IMG/VR virus record: IMGVR_UViG_3300000115_000011
DNA length: 64,000 nucleotides
Strand: one strand, 5' to 3'
Source of the DNA: an uncultured virus (IMG/VR IMGVR_UViG_3300000115_000011)
Lineage: Duplodnaviria; Heunggongvirae; Uroviricota; Caudoviricetes
The position numbers and the translations under genes were made by a program. This document shows, in pieces, positions 46,875-57,100 of this stretch. The notes below the pieces were generated by a model. That model saw only the letters and a program-made list of their open reading frames with translations. It searched no databases and was not told the DNA's origin. Positions within the stretch are counted from its first letter, which is position 1; each line of letters begins with the position of its first letter.

Positions 46875-46893
46875 CACAACTAGGAGAATACTG

Positions 46894-47541
46894 ATGGAAA
46901 CATCTGAAACTATTGGCAAGATAAGTCTTGCTCTCTCACAGGCGCAAGCTGAAATGATTAACGTCTATAAAGGCTCGGCTGCTTACAACTACAACTACGC
47001 TGATCTCGGTGTGATTCTGGACATGCTGCGCCAGACACTACCCAAGTATGAGATCGCTCTTATTCAAACGCCCAGTAACGATGGAGCGAATGCGTGTGTT
47101 ACGACCATGCTCTCGCACAGTTCAGGGGAGTGGATAAAAGATTCGGTCTCTTGTCAGATAGAGATGGCCAAGGGCAACTCAGCAATACAGTGTCTGGGTA
47201 GCTCAATAACCTATTTGCGTAGGTACTCATGCAGTGCGATAGCGGGACTAACCCAGACCGATTCCGATGCCTCTATCCGTACTCCGGATGATCCGGAGGG
47301 GGTGGAAGCTCAGCCTATAGAACTGGTTCGTATGGCGTCAAAAGTAGAGATCAAATCTGTGACAGACATGGCAGCGAAGGCTGATGTAGACATCGCAAAC
47401 GTAACCAAGAGTCTTAATCTTAAATCCATCAGCGACATGACTTCCGAACAAGCTGAGCGTGCATGTCGGAAGCTCCACAAAACTATACTCGCAGCTGAGA
47501 AGGTTGTGCCTGCTGAAGATGAGTTGGCGGTGGCGTCATGA
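46894..47541 (+). CDS. erf: ERF-family single-strand annealing protein
   Basis: AL..AQ......K.....Y.YADL..I, L.H.SGEW, Q..GS.ITY.RRY...AI.G...D.DA; GGAG RBS supports ATG 46894. Confidence 0.9.
   Translation: METSETIGKISLALSQAQAEMINVYKGSAAYNYNYADLGVILDMLRQTLPKYEIALIQTPSNDGANACVTTMLSHSSGEWIKDSVSCQIEMAKGNSAIQCLGSSITYLRRYSCSAIAGLTQTDSDASIRTPDDPEGVEAQPIELVRMASKVEIKSVTDMAAKADVDIANVTKSLNLKSISDMTSEQAERACRKLHKTILAAEKVVPAEDELAVAS
47283..47297. repeat. Palindrome copy 7, inverted, inside erf linker
   Basis: TCCGGATGATCCGGA encodes part of TPDDPE. Confidence 0.95.
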
Positions 47542-48431
47542 ACGCTGTAGTCCAGCTGGAGCAGAACACAGATGAGTGGATGAACCACCGCCGCTTACAC
47601 TGTAACGCAAGTTCAGCAGGAATCATAATGGGTGTACAGGCTTTCAAGCCCAACACATGGGACTCGTTGCTCGATTGGTATCGCGGTAATGGCATTCCAT
47701 TTGTTGGCAATGTCGCTACGGAGTGGGGTCACACCCACGAGGACGAAGCGCGTATAGCGGCAGAGAAGGTCAACGATGAGTTCTACGCCCCTGTTGTTGT
47801 TACCCGTGAGCATAACGGCCTCCCCTTGTCAGCGTCTCTGGACGGCAAATCTGTGGAGTTTGATGGCAGTACAGGTCATGTCTCTGAAATCAAGTGCCCC
47901 TACCAAGGTAAGCAATCAAAGACTTGGATCACAGTAGAGAATGGCGATTGTCCACAGGGTTACTACTGGCAGATTCAGCAGCAGATGTTTGTGTCTGATG
48001 CGAAAGAAGCCAAGTTGTTTATCTACGATGCGCGTGACAAGTCGCACCTTCAAATAACAATTCCTCGTAACGAAGATGACATTAATCTTCTCATGGAAAA
48101 GTGGGCTGAGTTTTGGGCGCTGCTTGATGCAGGAGAAATGAAGGGTGATGGCGTACTACGCCGTGAAGACCCTGAGTTTACCTCTGTCGCAAACGAATGG
48201 ACTGAAGCTAACACATTGCTTGCTGAAGCCAAAGAGCGCGTAGACGCAGCGAGAGCCACTCTCATCGACCTGTCCGGTGACAGAGACTGCGAGGGTGGTG
48301 GTGTTCGCGTCACTCAGGCCGAACGCAAAGGAAATATTAACTATAAAAAGGTTCCCTCACTAGAGGGTGTAGACCTTGAACTTTACCGGAGCAAAAGCAG
48401 CTCGTACTTCAGAGTTGCCGCGACAAAGTAA
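47538..48431 (+). CDS. YqaJ/lambda-exonuclease family protein
   Basis: Q.T.EW...R.....AS, G...E..AR, SASLDG, EIKCP, Y.WQ.Q.Q. Confidence 0.9.
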   Translation: MNAVVQLEQNTDEWMNHRRLHCNASSAGIIMGVQAFKPNTWDSLLDWYRGNGIPFVGNVATEWGHTHEDEARIAAEKVNDEFYAPVVVTREHNGLPLSASLDGKSVEFDGSTGHVSEIKCPYQGKQSKTWITVENGDCPQGYYWQIQQQMFVSDAKEAKLFIYDARDKSHLQITIPRNEDDINLLMEKWAEFWALLDAGEMKGDGVLRREDPEFTSVANEWTEANTLLAEAKERVDAARATLIDLSGDRDCEGGGVRVTQAERKGNINYKKVPSLEGVDLELYRSKSSSYFRVAATK

Positions 48432-48614
48432 TGTCCGTTCTGGCGCGGCCCCATAGTTGGGGGATAGGCCAGCGTTGCGGATCAGCTGTGAGTGCCGCGC
48501 ATAGAAAAACCACAGCACGATGAGCGAGGTTCAGTCCTATCAGACTATTCCGACTTTGTGATCATTGGGACTTGCTGGCCTAACCAGCTATTAAATTAAT
48601 CTTAGGAGAAAACC

Positions 48615-49091
48615 ATGTCAGGTTTAAATGAAGTAAATCTTATTGGAAATGTAGGACAACAACCACAGGTTGTTAACACCGCGAACGGCAGCACCATTTT
48701 AAAAATGTCACTAGCTACCTCTGACAAGTGGAAGGATAAACAGTCAGGTGAAACAAAAGAAAAAACTGAATGGCATCGCATCAGCGTGTTCGGAAAGACA
48801 GCTGAGAATCTTGCTCAGTATATAAATTCAGGGGATAAACTTTTCGTTCGCGGGAAAATTCAAACGTCTAAATATCAGGACAAAAGCAGCGGCGAAGATC
48901 GTTACTCCACAGACATTATTGTGGATGGATTCTCTGGCGCAATCCAAATGTTGGGAAGCAAATCGGCAGGTGGAGGTGGGCAGCAACGTGCGCCACAGCA
49001 GAAGCAACGTGCTCCGCAGCAACGTGCGCCACAGCAACAGCAGCAGCCACCCGCTGATGACGGATTTGATGACGACATTCCTTTTAATTAG
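48615..49091 (+). CDS. ssb: Single-stranded DNA-binding protein
   Basis: N.V.LIGN.G..P, TEWHR, acidic DDDIPF tail. Confidence 0.97.
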   Translation: MSGLNEVNLIGNVGQQPQVVNTANGSTILKMSLATSDKWKDKQSGETKEKTEWHRISVFGKTAENLAQYINSGDKLFVRGKIQTSKYQDKSSGEDRYSTDIIVDGFSGAIQMLGSKSAGGGGQQRAPQQKQRAPQQRAPQQQQQPPADDGFDDDIPFN

Positions 49092-49097
49092 GAGGCT

Positions 49098-49544
49098 ATG
49101 ACAACCTCGATAAAAACATGCTTTAGAGCACCTAACACTACCCGCCACATGAGTGGCGGTGTAACTACTAACAATCTAGGACTTTTTATGCGCAAATATA
49201 AATCTACACCACTGAATGTCGAGGCATTTATTCTGACCCTTGAGGGCGTCAGCTTGAATGCAACGGCTTCACGAATCGGTTTGTCGTCAGGACGCGTTCG
49301 CTATGCACTGCACAGTGAGTGTCAAATCCGATGTCCAAAACTTTATCAAAGTTTAATCAAACACAAGTTGACGCCCAGCTTAGCTGAGCTACGGCGGCAC
49401 TCCTCTGCATTTATTGATGGTTCAGACATCGGCCAGTTTGCTCACGCTCCGAAGTCGTTGCGCCCCATCCGACAAACAACTATTACTGTTGCGGCAAAGG
49501 AACCATCAATATTCGAGAGAATGTTTAAGTCGGTGTTCGGATAG
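49098..49544 (+). CDS. Hypothetical protein (possible HTH)
   Basis: G.SL...A.R.GLS..RVR pattern; start uncertain. Confidence 0.55.
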   Translation: MTTSIKTCFRAPNTTRHMSGGVTTNNLGLFMRKYKSTPLNVEAFILTLEGVSLNATASRIGLSSGRVRYALHSECQIRCPKLYQSLIKHKLTPSLAELRRHSSAFIDGSDIGQFAHAPKSLRPIRQTTITVAAKEPSIFERMFKSVFG

Positions 49545-49964
49545 ATGTTTGAGTCAGCCCTGCTCTGCCTTGCTCTCGGACTCTATCACGAGGCGAGGTC
49601 TGAGCCGCTGGTTGGACAGCTTAGTGTTGGGTTTGTCGTGATGAATCGAGTTGATGACTCTCGTTATCCCGACTCAATTTGCGAGGTAGTAAAGCAAGGG
49701 CGCACTCATCCCAACAATCCTAAAGTGATGCTTCGCCATCAGTGTCAGTTCAGCTTTTGGTGTGACGGATTGAATGACACCCCCAAAAATTTACCGGCTT
49801 GGAACAACTCAATTATCCTCGCCTCACAAATTCTGGGTGGTCAGTACAAAAATACAAGCGAAGGGGCCACCCACTATCACGCAAATTATGTATCCCCCAC
49901 TTGGGCTGACGAATCAAAAATGATAGCGCAAGTGGGCACTCATATTTTCTACAGACTGGAGTAA
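49545..49964 (+). CDS. SleB-like cell wall hydrolase
   Basis: CLA...YHEAR.E...GQ..V..V..NRV, CQFS.WCDG, GATHYHA.YV.P.W, G.H.FY. Confidence 0.93.
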   Translation: MFESALLCLALGLYHEARSEPLVGQLSVGFVVMNRVDDSRYPDSICEVVKQGRTHPNNPKVMLRHQCQFSFWCDGLNDTPKNLPAWNNSIILASQILGGQYKNTSEGATHYHANYVSPTWADESKMIAQVGTHIFYRLE

Positions 49965-49969
49965 TTTGT

Positions 49970-50236
49970 ATGGCTTATTTCTGGACAGATGAAGAAATTT
50001 CTTTTGTTGCAAGCAACTATAACATTATGACCGTTCGTTCTATCTGCGAGAAGATTAACAGACCTGAAAGTTCTGTGCGCATGTTAGCTAGCAAACTCGG
50101 CGTCACTGATCGACATGGTGCAACCCAGCGAAGGCTTGTTCAAGAAGAAGCTAGACCGCCAACATATAACCCCTTCATCACTGGGAAAATTGCTCCCCCT
50201 ACATCAACAAGACTATGGGTTCGAGCATATGGGTAA
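49970..50236 (+). CDS. Small HTH protein
   Basis: WT.EE..F...NY......I...INR...SVR..A.KLG. Confidence 0.7.
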   Translation: MAYFWTDEEISFVASNYNIMTVRSICEKINRPESSVRMLASKLGVTDRHGATQRRLVQEEARPPTYNPFITGKIAPPTSTRLWVRAYG

Positions 50237-50516
50237 GCGATATTCTGAATTAGATAATCAGTTTATCCGACTCAACTATCAAGCCCTAACCTACTTTGAA
50301 ATCGGATTGCTAATTGATCGTGACCCTCGAAGCGTTCGTGAGAGAGCGCGACTCATGGGGCTAAGAAAAATAAACAGACGAGAGTGGACACGCGATGAGT
50401 GCCTCACTTTTTTAACCAACATCACGCTTGCTGATAGAGAACTAGCGTCAATGCTAGGCCGCAATAGGCAAAGTGTCTCTGCCAAACGAGCTTGGTTTCG
50501 CAGGAAAATAAATTAG
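50229..50516 (+). CDS. Tandem-HTH protein
   Basis: Two repeats of the same HTH pattern; likely start MGKRY at 50229. Confidence 0.65.
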   Translation: MGKRYSELDNQFIRLNYQALTYFEIGLLIDRDPRSVRERARLMGLRKINRREWTRDECLTFLTNITLADRELASMLGRNRQSVSAKRAWFRRKIN

Positions 50517-50828
50517 GAAATAATTATGTCTGAGAGCGAAGAGCTAAAGGATGCACTCTTAAAAAAAGTTGAGTCACTAAGAATGAAGGCTTCTATTCTT
50601 GAAGAGATTGTAAATGAAACAAATTTCAATATTCTTGATCAAGATGATCGAGATATTATCGTCATGCTTTTAGCCATGGTGGATTAAATATGTGGCCACT
50701 GCTAACTATCTTTTGTTTCGGAACATCCCTTGTGCTAGATCTGATGGGACAGGACATCAATCTAGTAATCACGGGGATTATCTGCGGGTGGATTTCATTA
50801 GCCACCACTTCAATCATTAGCCATTTGT

Positions 50829-51059
50829 ATGAGGACGATGAAGATGACCAGTGATCACACGATATACGATGGGCCAGACACGAAGGCTCGACAACGAGAG
50901 GAACTGAAACGCAAGACAGAAGAGTTTTTGAGCGAGGGAGGAAACATAACACAAGTGGACATGGGCAAGATCAATGACAACAGAGTCCTTACTCCAAGCG
51001 AGATTAACGCTAGAAGTTTTGCTCATGCAATGGAGAAAAAGAATGTTAGATCAAAATGA
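50829..51059 (+). CDS. SutA-like RNA polymerase-binding protein
   Basis: K.RQREEL....EEFLS.GG.I..V matches the recalled core of Pseudomonas SutA (K.KERDAL...MEEFLSRGGKVQEI). Confidence 0.65.
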   Translation: MRTMKMTSDHTIYDGPDTKARQREELKRKTEEFLSEGGNITQVDMGKINDNRVLTPSEINARSFAHAMEKKNVRSK

Positions 51060-51199
51060 AAAGGCTCAGGAAAATTTTAGGCGTAACTATGACTCTGTAT
51101 TTTCTCCAAAAAGATTTAAAGACCGAGTTGACTTAGGTCTGTCCCCATCTACCGATGTGAGTTGGGTTGATATGAGAGATAAACCAAAGGAGATTGAAG

Positions 51200-51442
51200 A
51201 TGAGCAAGCTGATGAGCGTGGATGAATATCTAAGGACAGCATTCACAGCTGACTCTATTCCTACCAAACGAACAGCGCTGGATTGGATAAGAAGAGGTGA
51301 TCTTCTGGCGCACAAGATCGGCAGAAAGTATTATGTTGATATAAGCAATGGTGATCCACTACTCACTACCTCAAATGATTCACTACTGAATAAAATCTTA
51401 GGAGATTTAGGAGATGAAGAAACGTCAATCAAACGCAAGTAA
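51200..51442 (+). CDS. xis: Excisionase
   Basis: LM...EY....F.....P...T...WIR.G.L.A.KIG..YYV winged helix; overlaps int. Confidence 0.85.
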   Translation: MSKLMSVDEYLRTAFTADSIPTKRTALDWIRRGDLLAHKIGRKYYVDISNGDPLLTTSNDSLLNKILGDLGDEETSIKRK

Positions 51443-52607
51443 AGGCTTGCCTATGTACTTGTCTATGAATACAAGCAAGGGTATCACGAACTACAGGTAT
51501 CGCAATAGACAAGCTAAGGTAGATAAATCCCTCGGTACTAACAGAGCTGCTGCAATACGCGCAGCAAACCAAGCCAACTCAATACTGTTCACACGCACTG
51601 ACTTAACAGAGTCGATCATCGGCACTCGCATGAAGTTGAGCGATCTGTGCGACAAATTTCTTAATGTTGTCGAGAAAAATGTAGACAACTTCTCTGACTC
51701 GTTAATAGCTGAACGCAAAACCATGATGAACAAGGTGAAGAAGTATATGCCTGATCTTCCATTGGAACAGTTCACGCTGCTTAAAATCAATGAGCTGTTT
51801 GATTTAGTATATGACCCCGAAGAAGATGATGAAGACTCTGGTACACCCCACGCTAGGAACGCTACTCGGAAGAACCTAAAGATGATGATGCAGTATGCGC
51901 TCACGAAAGGTTACATCACCGGTAATTCTAATCCTGTTGATCTGACCAAGCCGGTCAAAACTAAACGTGTGATAAAGCGTCATACTTATGCAGGTTGGAT
52001 GGCCATCTATGACCACCCTGAATGCCCTCAATGGTTACGTTGTGCCATGAACGTTGGACTTACCACGCTCCAGCGCAGAGCTGACATACTATCTATACCG
52101 ATGCCTAAACCTAGTGACACTTACATCGAAGTAATACAGCAGAAGACAGAGAAGTATTCCGATATGGGCTACCTGAAGATTGAGATCACGCCTGAGCTTA
52201 AGGCTATTGTTAATCAGTGTAGAGATAATATAGTAAGTCCGTTTCTTATTCACAGAAAGCCAATGATCCGTAACGCAGGACGAGAAGATGGGGTTCACTA
52301 TACAAAGGTGTACCCGAAGTATTTGTCTGACGAGTTCAAGAGGATCAGAGACTTAGCTAACCCCTACCCTGATCTAGCTATGAATGAACAGCCCGGATTT
52401 CATCAGGGTCGTGCGCTAGGAATCTATCTTATTCAAAAGCAAACCAAAGAATATCCACAGCAGTTGGCTGGCCATGCGAATCCAGAGATGACGGAGAACT
52501 ACGCAAGAGATCACGAAGATATTGTGTGGCAGGAGGCAACGCCTACGCTAGACGTATTGAATCGAGCTTCGATTGAAGCCCTTAACCCAAGCAAGAAGAC
52601 TGCTTAA
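51414..52607 (+). CDS. int: Tyrosine integrase (lambda-like, N-terminal arm-binding domain)
   Basis: Catalytic QRRAD (R), QQKT (K), HQGR (HxxR), LAGH, MT..Y. Confidence 0.92.
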   Translation: MKKRQSNASKGLPMYLSMNTSKGITNYRYRNRQAKVDKSLGTNRAAAIRAANQANSILFTRTDLTESIIGTRMKLSDLCDKFLNVVEKNVDNFSDSLIAERKTMMNKVKKYMPDLPLEQFTLLKINELFDLVYDPEEDDEDSGTPHARNATRKNLKMMMQYALTKGYITGNSNPVDLTKPVKTKRVIKRHTYAGWMAIYDHPECPQWLRCAMNVGLTTLQRRADILSIPMPKPSDTYIEVIQQKTEKYSDMGYLKIEITPELKAIVNQCRDNIVSPFLIHRKPMIRNAGREDGVHYTKVYPKYLSDEFKRIRDLANPYPDLAMNEQPGFHQGRALGIYLIQKQTKEYPQQLAGHANPEMTENYARDHEDIVWQEATPTLDVLNRASIEALNPSKKTA

Positions 52608-52651
52608 CTATAGACTAAATAGTAGTTCATATAAACTAAGAATTAGTCCAG

Positions 52652-53095
52652 TTGTATAGCGTGCATTGTAAACTGTATGATGCATTAAACATACCTAATG
52701 TACACTGGAGTATACATTTTAACCGAGATGATAATTGTATGGAACATTTTGAAACCCCACAGCTACATAAGAGTAGGAATGACTTTAAATTGCACTGGCT
52801 ACCAGTAAAATATGGATGGATATTTGATGATGGTGACTGCGGCGCTACGGCTTTTCTTTGTAAAAGTGGGATGGTTGAGATGCACCAGCTATCAGGACAG
52901 TGGTCTGACCTTCCTTCTGATGCACTGTCTTGGCTAGCAGATAAATTGATTGCATTCGATGATCAGATTGAGGAGTACTGGGAGGTTATTATGGATGATG
53001 AAACACCAGAGGATTTCTGCATTCACTACGATCTCGGTGAGGTCTTAACGCCCTTCGATGATCAGAAAGACAATCCCAAAGTAATACAAAAGTAA
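52652..53095 (+). CDS. Hypothetical acidic protein next to attP
   Basis: ORF track; start uncertain. Confidence 0.4.
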   Translation: MYSVHCKLYDALNIPNVHWSIHFNRDDNCMEHFETPQLHKSRNDFKLHWLPVKYGWIFDDGDCGATAFLCKSGMVEMHQLSGQWSDLPSDALSWLADKLIAFDDQIEEYWEVIMDDETPEDFCIHYDLGEVLTPFDDQKDNPKVIQK

Positions 53096-53111
53096 TCCCA
53101 AGGAATTATCG

Positions 53112-53373
53112 TTGTCCCAACCTTGTCCCAACCTTGTCCCAACTTTATTTAGGCCAAAAAAAAGACACCGCTAAGTGTCTGATTTTAATAAGTAATTGGT
53201 GGGTGATGACGGTCTCGAACCGCCGACCCTCTGCGTGTAAAAAAGAGTCCCACTTTTAGCTAAGTCATTGATAACATTAATTAATGTCCTGATAATCACC
53301 ATATTCTGCGTGGTAATCAGGACGTTTCACTACGTTATAAAACAATAACTTACAGTACAGTTGTCCCAACTTT
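53112..53373. other. attP region: arm repeats TTGTCCCAAC(C/T) three times plus once, IHF sites, tRNA core
   Basis: Repeats at 53112, 53123, 53134 and 53361; IHF consensus WATCAANNNNTTR exact at 53261-53273 (minus strand), 1 mismatch at 53172-53184. Confidence 0.85.
53197..53240 (-). tRNA. 3' half of tRNA-Val(TAC) = attP common core (not a complete tRNA)
   Basis: Minus strand TTACACGCAGAGGGTCGGCGGTTCGAGACCGTCATCACCCACCA: anticodon, T-arm, acceptor strand and CCA; no 5' half. Confidence 0.9.
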
Positions 53374-53438
53374 CTAAGGGCTTCCTGAACTGCCAGCGCA
53401 TCATACCCATAGTGATAATGCGCGTCAAGCAGATCTTA

Positions 53439-53678
53439 TTATTTTCTAAACCTAGCTGTCTTATCTGCAATCTTTTTAGGCTGCTTAACAACCTGCTTAC
53501 CTGCTTTAGTACCTGCCCTCTTTGCTGCTGTGGTAGCTGCATACTCTGCTTTAGTCAGACCAGCTATGGCAGCTTTAGGTAGATAGCGCTCACCTGTCTT
53601 GGCACTAGGTTTCCCGCTTTTCGTACCCCACTCTTGCTTAGTCCATTTATTTAAAGACTTCTGTGGCTTCTTAATCAC
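53439..53678 (-). CDS. Small basic protein (DUF5872-like, C-terminal half)
   Basis: QKSL.KWTKQ.W.TKSGKPS..TGERYLP..AI..L...EY..TT..KR; GTG start after GGAGG. Confidence 0.7.
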   Translation of the reverse strand: MIKKPQKSLNKWTKQEWGTKSGKPSAKTGERYLPKAAIAGLTKAEYAATTAAKRAGTKAGKQVVKQPKKIADKTARFRK

Positions 53679-53856
53679 GATAACCTCCCCCTGCTTTCTT
53701 GTACTCGCTGGCCAGAAGCTGAGCCTTACGCGCTGACCACTGCCCAGCTTTACCACCTTTAGTTCCTGCTTTGATTTTATTAAACAATCTTTTACGCAGA
53801 GCAGGTTTCGTATAGTTGCCAGCTTCATTTACTTTTGATTTTGATTTGGCTTTCAT
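53671..53856 (-). CDS. Small basic protein (DUF5872-like, N-terminal half)
   Basis: VNEAGNYTKP.LRK.LF..IKAG.KGG..GQWSARKAQ.LA..YK..GGGY. Confidence 0.7.
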   Translation of the reverse strand: MKAKSKSKVNEAGNYTKPALRKRLFNKIKAGTKGGKAGQWSARKAQLLASEYKKAGGGYRD

Positions 53857-53863
53857 TACTCTC

Positions 53864-54142
53864 TCACCACTTGACCAAATTAGACCAATAGCTACCTGAC
53901 ATTTTCCCCGATTTGATACCCTTGGCATGCCTTGCTTTGAAGGACTTGCGCTTTGCTTTCATTGCGTCACTCTCCCCCGCCTTCGGCTTACCTGCTGTGC
54001 TTGCCCCCTGCTCCCCAAACCTGATCATCTTTATTTCAGATCCTTCTTTAGCTAGCACGACATGGCTTTTCGTTGGGTGATTAGGCGTCCTCTTGGGTTT
54101 GTTGTATCCTTCAAACCTCTCCCCTCTGTACTCTATACTCAT
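53864..54142 (-). CDS. Small basic conserved phage protein
   Basis: GYNKPKRTP.HP.KSH.V.AK.G...K.IRFG.QG...RKSFKARH...YW....KW; likely start MSIEY at 54142. Confidence 0.7.
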   Translation of the reverse strand: MSIEYRGERFEGYNKPKRTPNHPTKSHVVLAKEGSEIKMIRFGEQGASTAGKPKAGESDAMKAKRKSFKARHAKGIKSGKMSGSYWSNLVKW

Positions 54143-54158
54143 ATAAAATTCTCTATGA

Positions 54159-57100
54159 TTATTCTTTACCGAACGTATACTCATTTATTAAATACAAATG
54201 CTTCTTGGGTAAGACCACACCTTCAATCGCTGACGCTTTCATGATGACCTTGGACTTCAGGCTGGCAAGAAGTGTCTTCGATGTGATCAACTCTGACTGA
54301 ACGAGATACTTCATAGCTGGATCTTTAATATCATTAATGCGCTCCATAATATAATTGTTCCACCTAGTCACAGCCGCCAATGCGTCCTGTACATCTGACT
54401 GATCTCCACCTGAAATTGCGGTATAAACATCACCAAGCACGTTTCGTCTGACCGCTTTCTGTTGTTCAGATTTATTCTTCCCAGCAAATGCCCGACTGTA
54501 TGTAGAGCTTACGACTTCTGGAGTAAATCCTAGGGCTTGAATAACTATATCACTCGTGTCGAGTGAATCGATAACCTCCAAATCATTGCGTGTCTTGACA
54601 CCATTCTTTGAGTAATCAACAGCTTTGTAAGCGTCCCGTACAACCTTGGGTAATGCAGACTTCAGATTATTAGTGGGGTTTCCTTCATACACATCCTGAG
54701 CAAAGTTGAAAGTAGATCCACCGATGCCACCGAACACTGGGCCAGCCACTGATAATAAAAGTTCCTTGTAATATTCTTTGCCTGAAGACATCGGACGATC
54801 TGGCATCATGATTAACAGGTTCGTGTTCTGTCCTGTTCTTGATGCTATGTCTACGCCTAACGCATTACCGAGTCCTTTGCTGAGTAGAGCACTCATGAAT
54901 TGCTGCTCATCATCATCGAACATGCCTCTAACAAGGTCGTCCAACCATTGAGTAAACTCAACTTCACTTGAGACAACCTCCTCTTCATCATCAGCAAATA
55001 AGTTGTACGCTACGCCGCCCATCCACACAGCTACGGCTATTGGTAGTACACCTGTTGCCCCAGCTGCTAACATCTGGAATGTGACAAGACCGGCAAGGGC
55101 TTTCATTGCTTCTCTACGTTTCTCTGGAGACAAAGACTTGTCTCTACCTAAAGCCTCACGAGCGAGCTGAGAGTACATGTAGATAACGTGCTGACCATAG
55201 ATTTTAAAGGTCGTCATCGACTTGATAATGTTGTTCTCTCGCATAGCCCTTGGACGGTTCTCAGATTCATACAAGAACTGAGTTTCTCCAATCAACTCAC
55301 GCACCTCGTCATAAATCTTTAGCTCATTCTCGCTCATCTCTTCAGAGCTTTTGAACGTAGATCCTTTGAACAGCTCAGGGTGCTTGTCTTTGATCAGTCT
55401 GTATGTGGCTAATCCAGTGACCTCTCGGTTACTCATCTCAGCCCCGTGGAACATATAAGCACCTGTGCGCATTAGCTTCTGCATTTTCGTGCCGAATACG
55501 CTAGGCGTTCTCTGATCAGAGTGAGCTTCTTCAGTGATCGAGCCAACTCGAGTGATGTCTATATCTCCTCGGTCTATTAACACCTTGATAAAGTTCTGCT
55601 CATCAGCTGTGACATTCTTATTGCCATCTCGCGCGAACGACTTGTACGCATCACGCAAAGACAACTCACTCTTGCCAAGATGCCAGTCAGTCATTGTCTT
55701 GAGGAACACTGCTGATGTTTTAGCTAGGCCATACCGCGCACCGACAATCGGAATTGCTATCGTTGGAACCTGAGTCAAGTTGACAAACGCTGCGGCAGGA
55801 GACCAACCAAGGTAATGGAAGAAAGCCAACCGTCCTGCGTTCGATGCCCATGCTGCGCCTGTTGGATTCATAGTCAACTCGAATCTCTTCGTCATCTCAG
55901 CATGTGTTGCTGAAGCAATATCAGCATACTGTTGCGTAACTTGCGAAGCCTCACCCGTGGCAAACTTGCGATTCTCTAGACCGATGTCGTTCAATTCAGA
56001 TTGGATTCGATCAGCATACTTAATCTTAGAGATCTGCTGTGCCGACTGAAGCATCATGTTCTGAACTGACCTTCTCATGTCAGATGACGCACCCTTGGTG
56101 CCAAGCCGCTGACGTCTACGCTGCATGATGGAGCTAGAAGGTAACGTGTTCAGCATCAAATTGTTTATATCAGTCTTGAGCTGTTCAGTTGATGCTCGGA
56201 TAGACGATCTAGCATTTTCATCCATCATATCATCACGAAGAACATCATCCCGATTCTCATCAAGCGCAGTAAATAGATTGTCTCTGAACGAGAAGAGGTC
56301 ACCTGACTGAGCTGTCTTGCCCATGTCAGCCATGTACGTCATGCGTGCATTATCTTCACCCCACTTGGACTTGTGCCACTTCAACGCACGCTCAGCTTCT
56401 GTGCGGCTCTCGAACTGCTCTCGAACAAACTCCCTCTTGCCATTAATTTCTGCAAAAGCAATGACAACATGATTGCCAAATCTAGATAGAGGGAAGTATG
56501 GGCCGCGCTTAATTAACTCACCCATCCGATTCTTCAAAGCTTTCTTAGCCGACTCACGATGAACAGGGTTTTCAATCTGCCTATCAATACGAGCAAGTAA
56601 CTCACTCTGCTCCATCTCATACTGCTCTCGTAACATAACTCGGGTGTCATCATAAACGAGCTTGGCATTAGCGGTGAGCTTGTTCCACTCCCTTCTCAAT
56701 CGGGCATGCTCGGACTGCATAAAGGCTAAGCTTTCTTCTAAATTAGAAATGTTTGCCATGTCCACTTTAGTCTTCTTGGGTTTTGCCTTTAGCTTATCAA
56801 GCCTATTCTGGTCAAGACGAACAAACTCATGAACTTTATTCGCCATTGATTCGTCAGGGTGTATGCCAGCAATCGTAGAATCACGCATGAGACTAGCCAA
56901 AGAGTTAGCTTCCTTGGTACTTAACTTGTCCCAAATCTTCTCCTCTTTTTCAAACCCATGAAGCGCTCGTTCTTTATCAACTCTGAACTCACCTAGTAAA
57001 TTGTTAATGGTCTTTAACGGGTTACCATCTTTCCAGTCAAACGCCGCCTTATAGGTGCGGAAGATCTGAGTATTAGTTAACCAATACTGGAGGAAGTTAC

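Noticed and set aside
46762..46893. N-terminal extension of ERF in the ORF track
   Set aside because: Overlaps terminator, operators and promoter; the RBS supports ATG 46894.
49545..49964. Lysis cassette
   Set aside because: The SleB-like gene sits in the recombination operon with no recognisable holin or spanin; lysis genes are probably outside the window.
53197..53240. Functional phage tRNA-Val gene
   Set aside because: The 5' acceptor strand, D-arm and 5' anticodon stem are absent; it is an att core.
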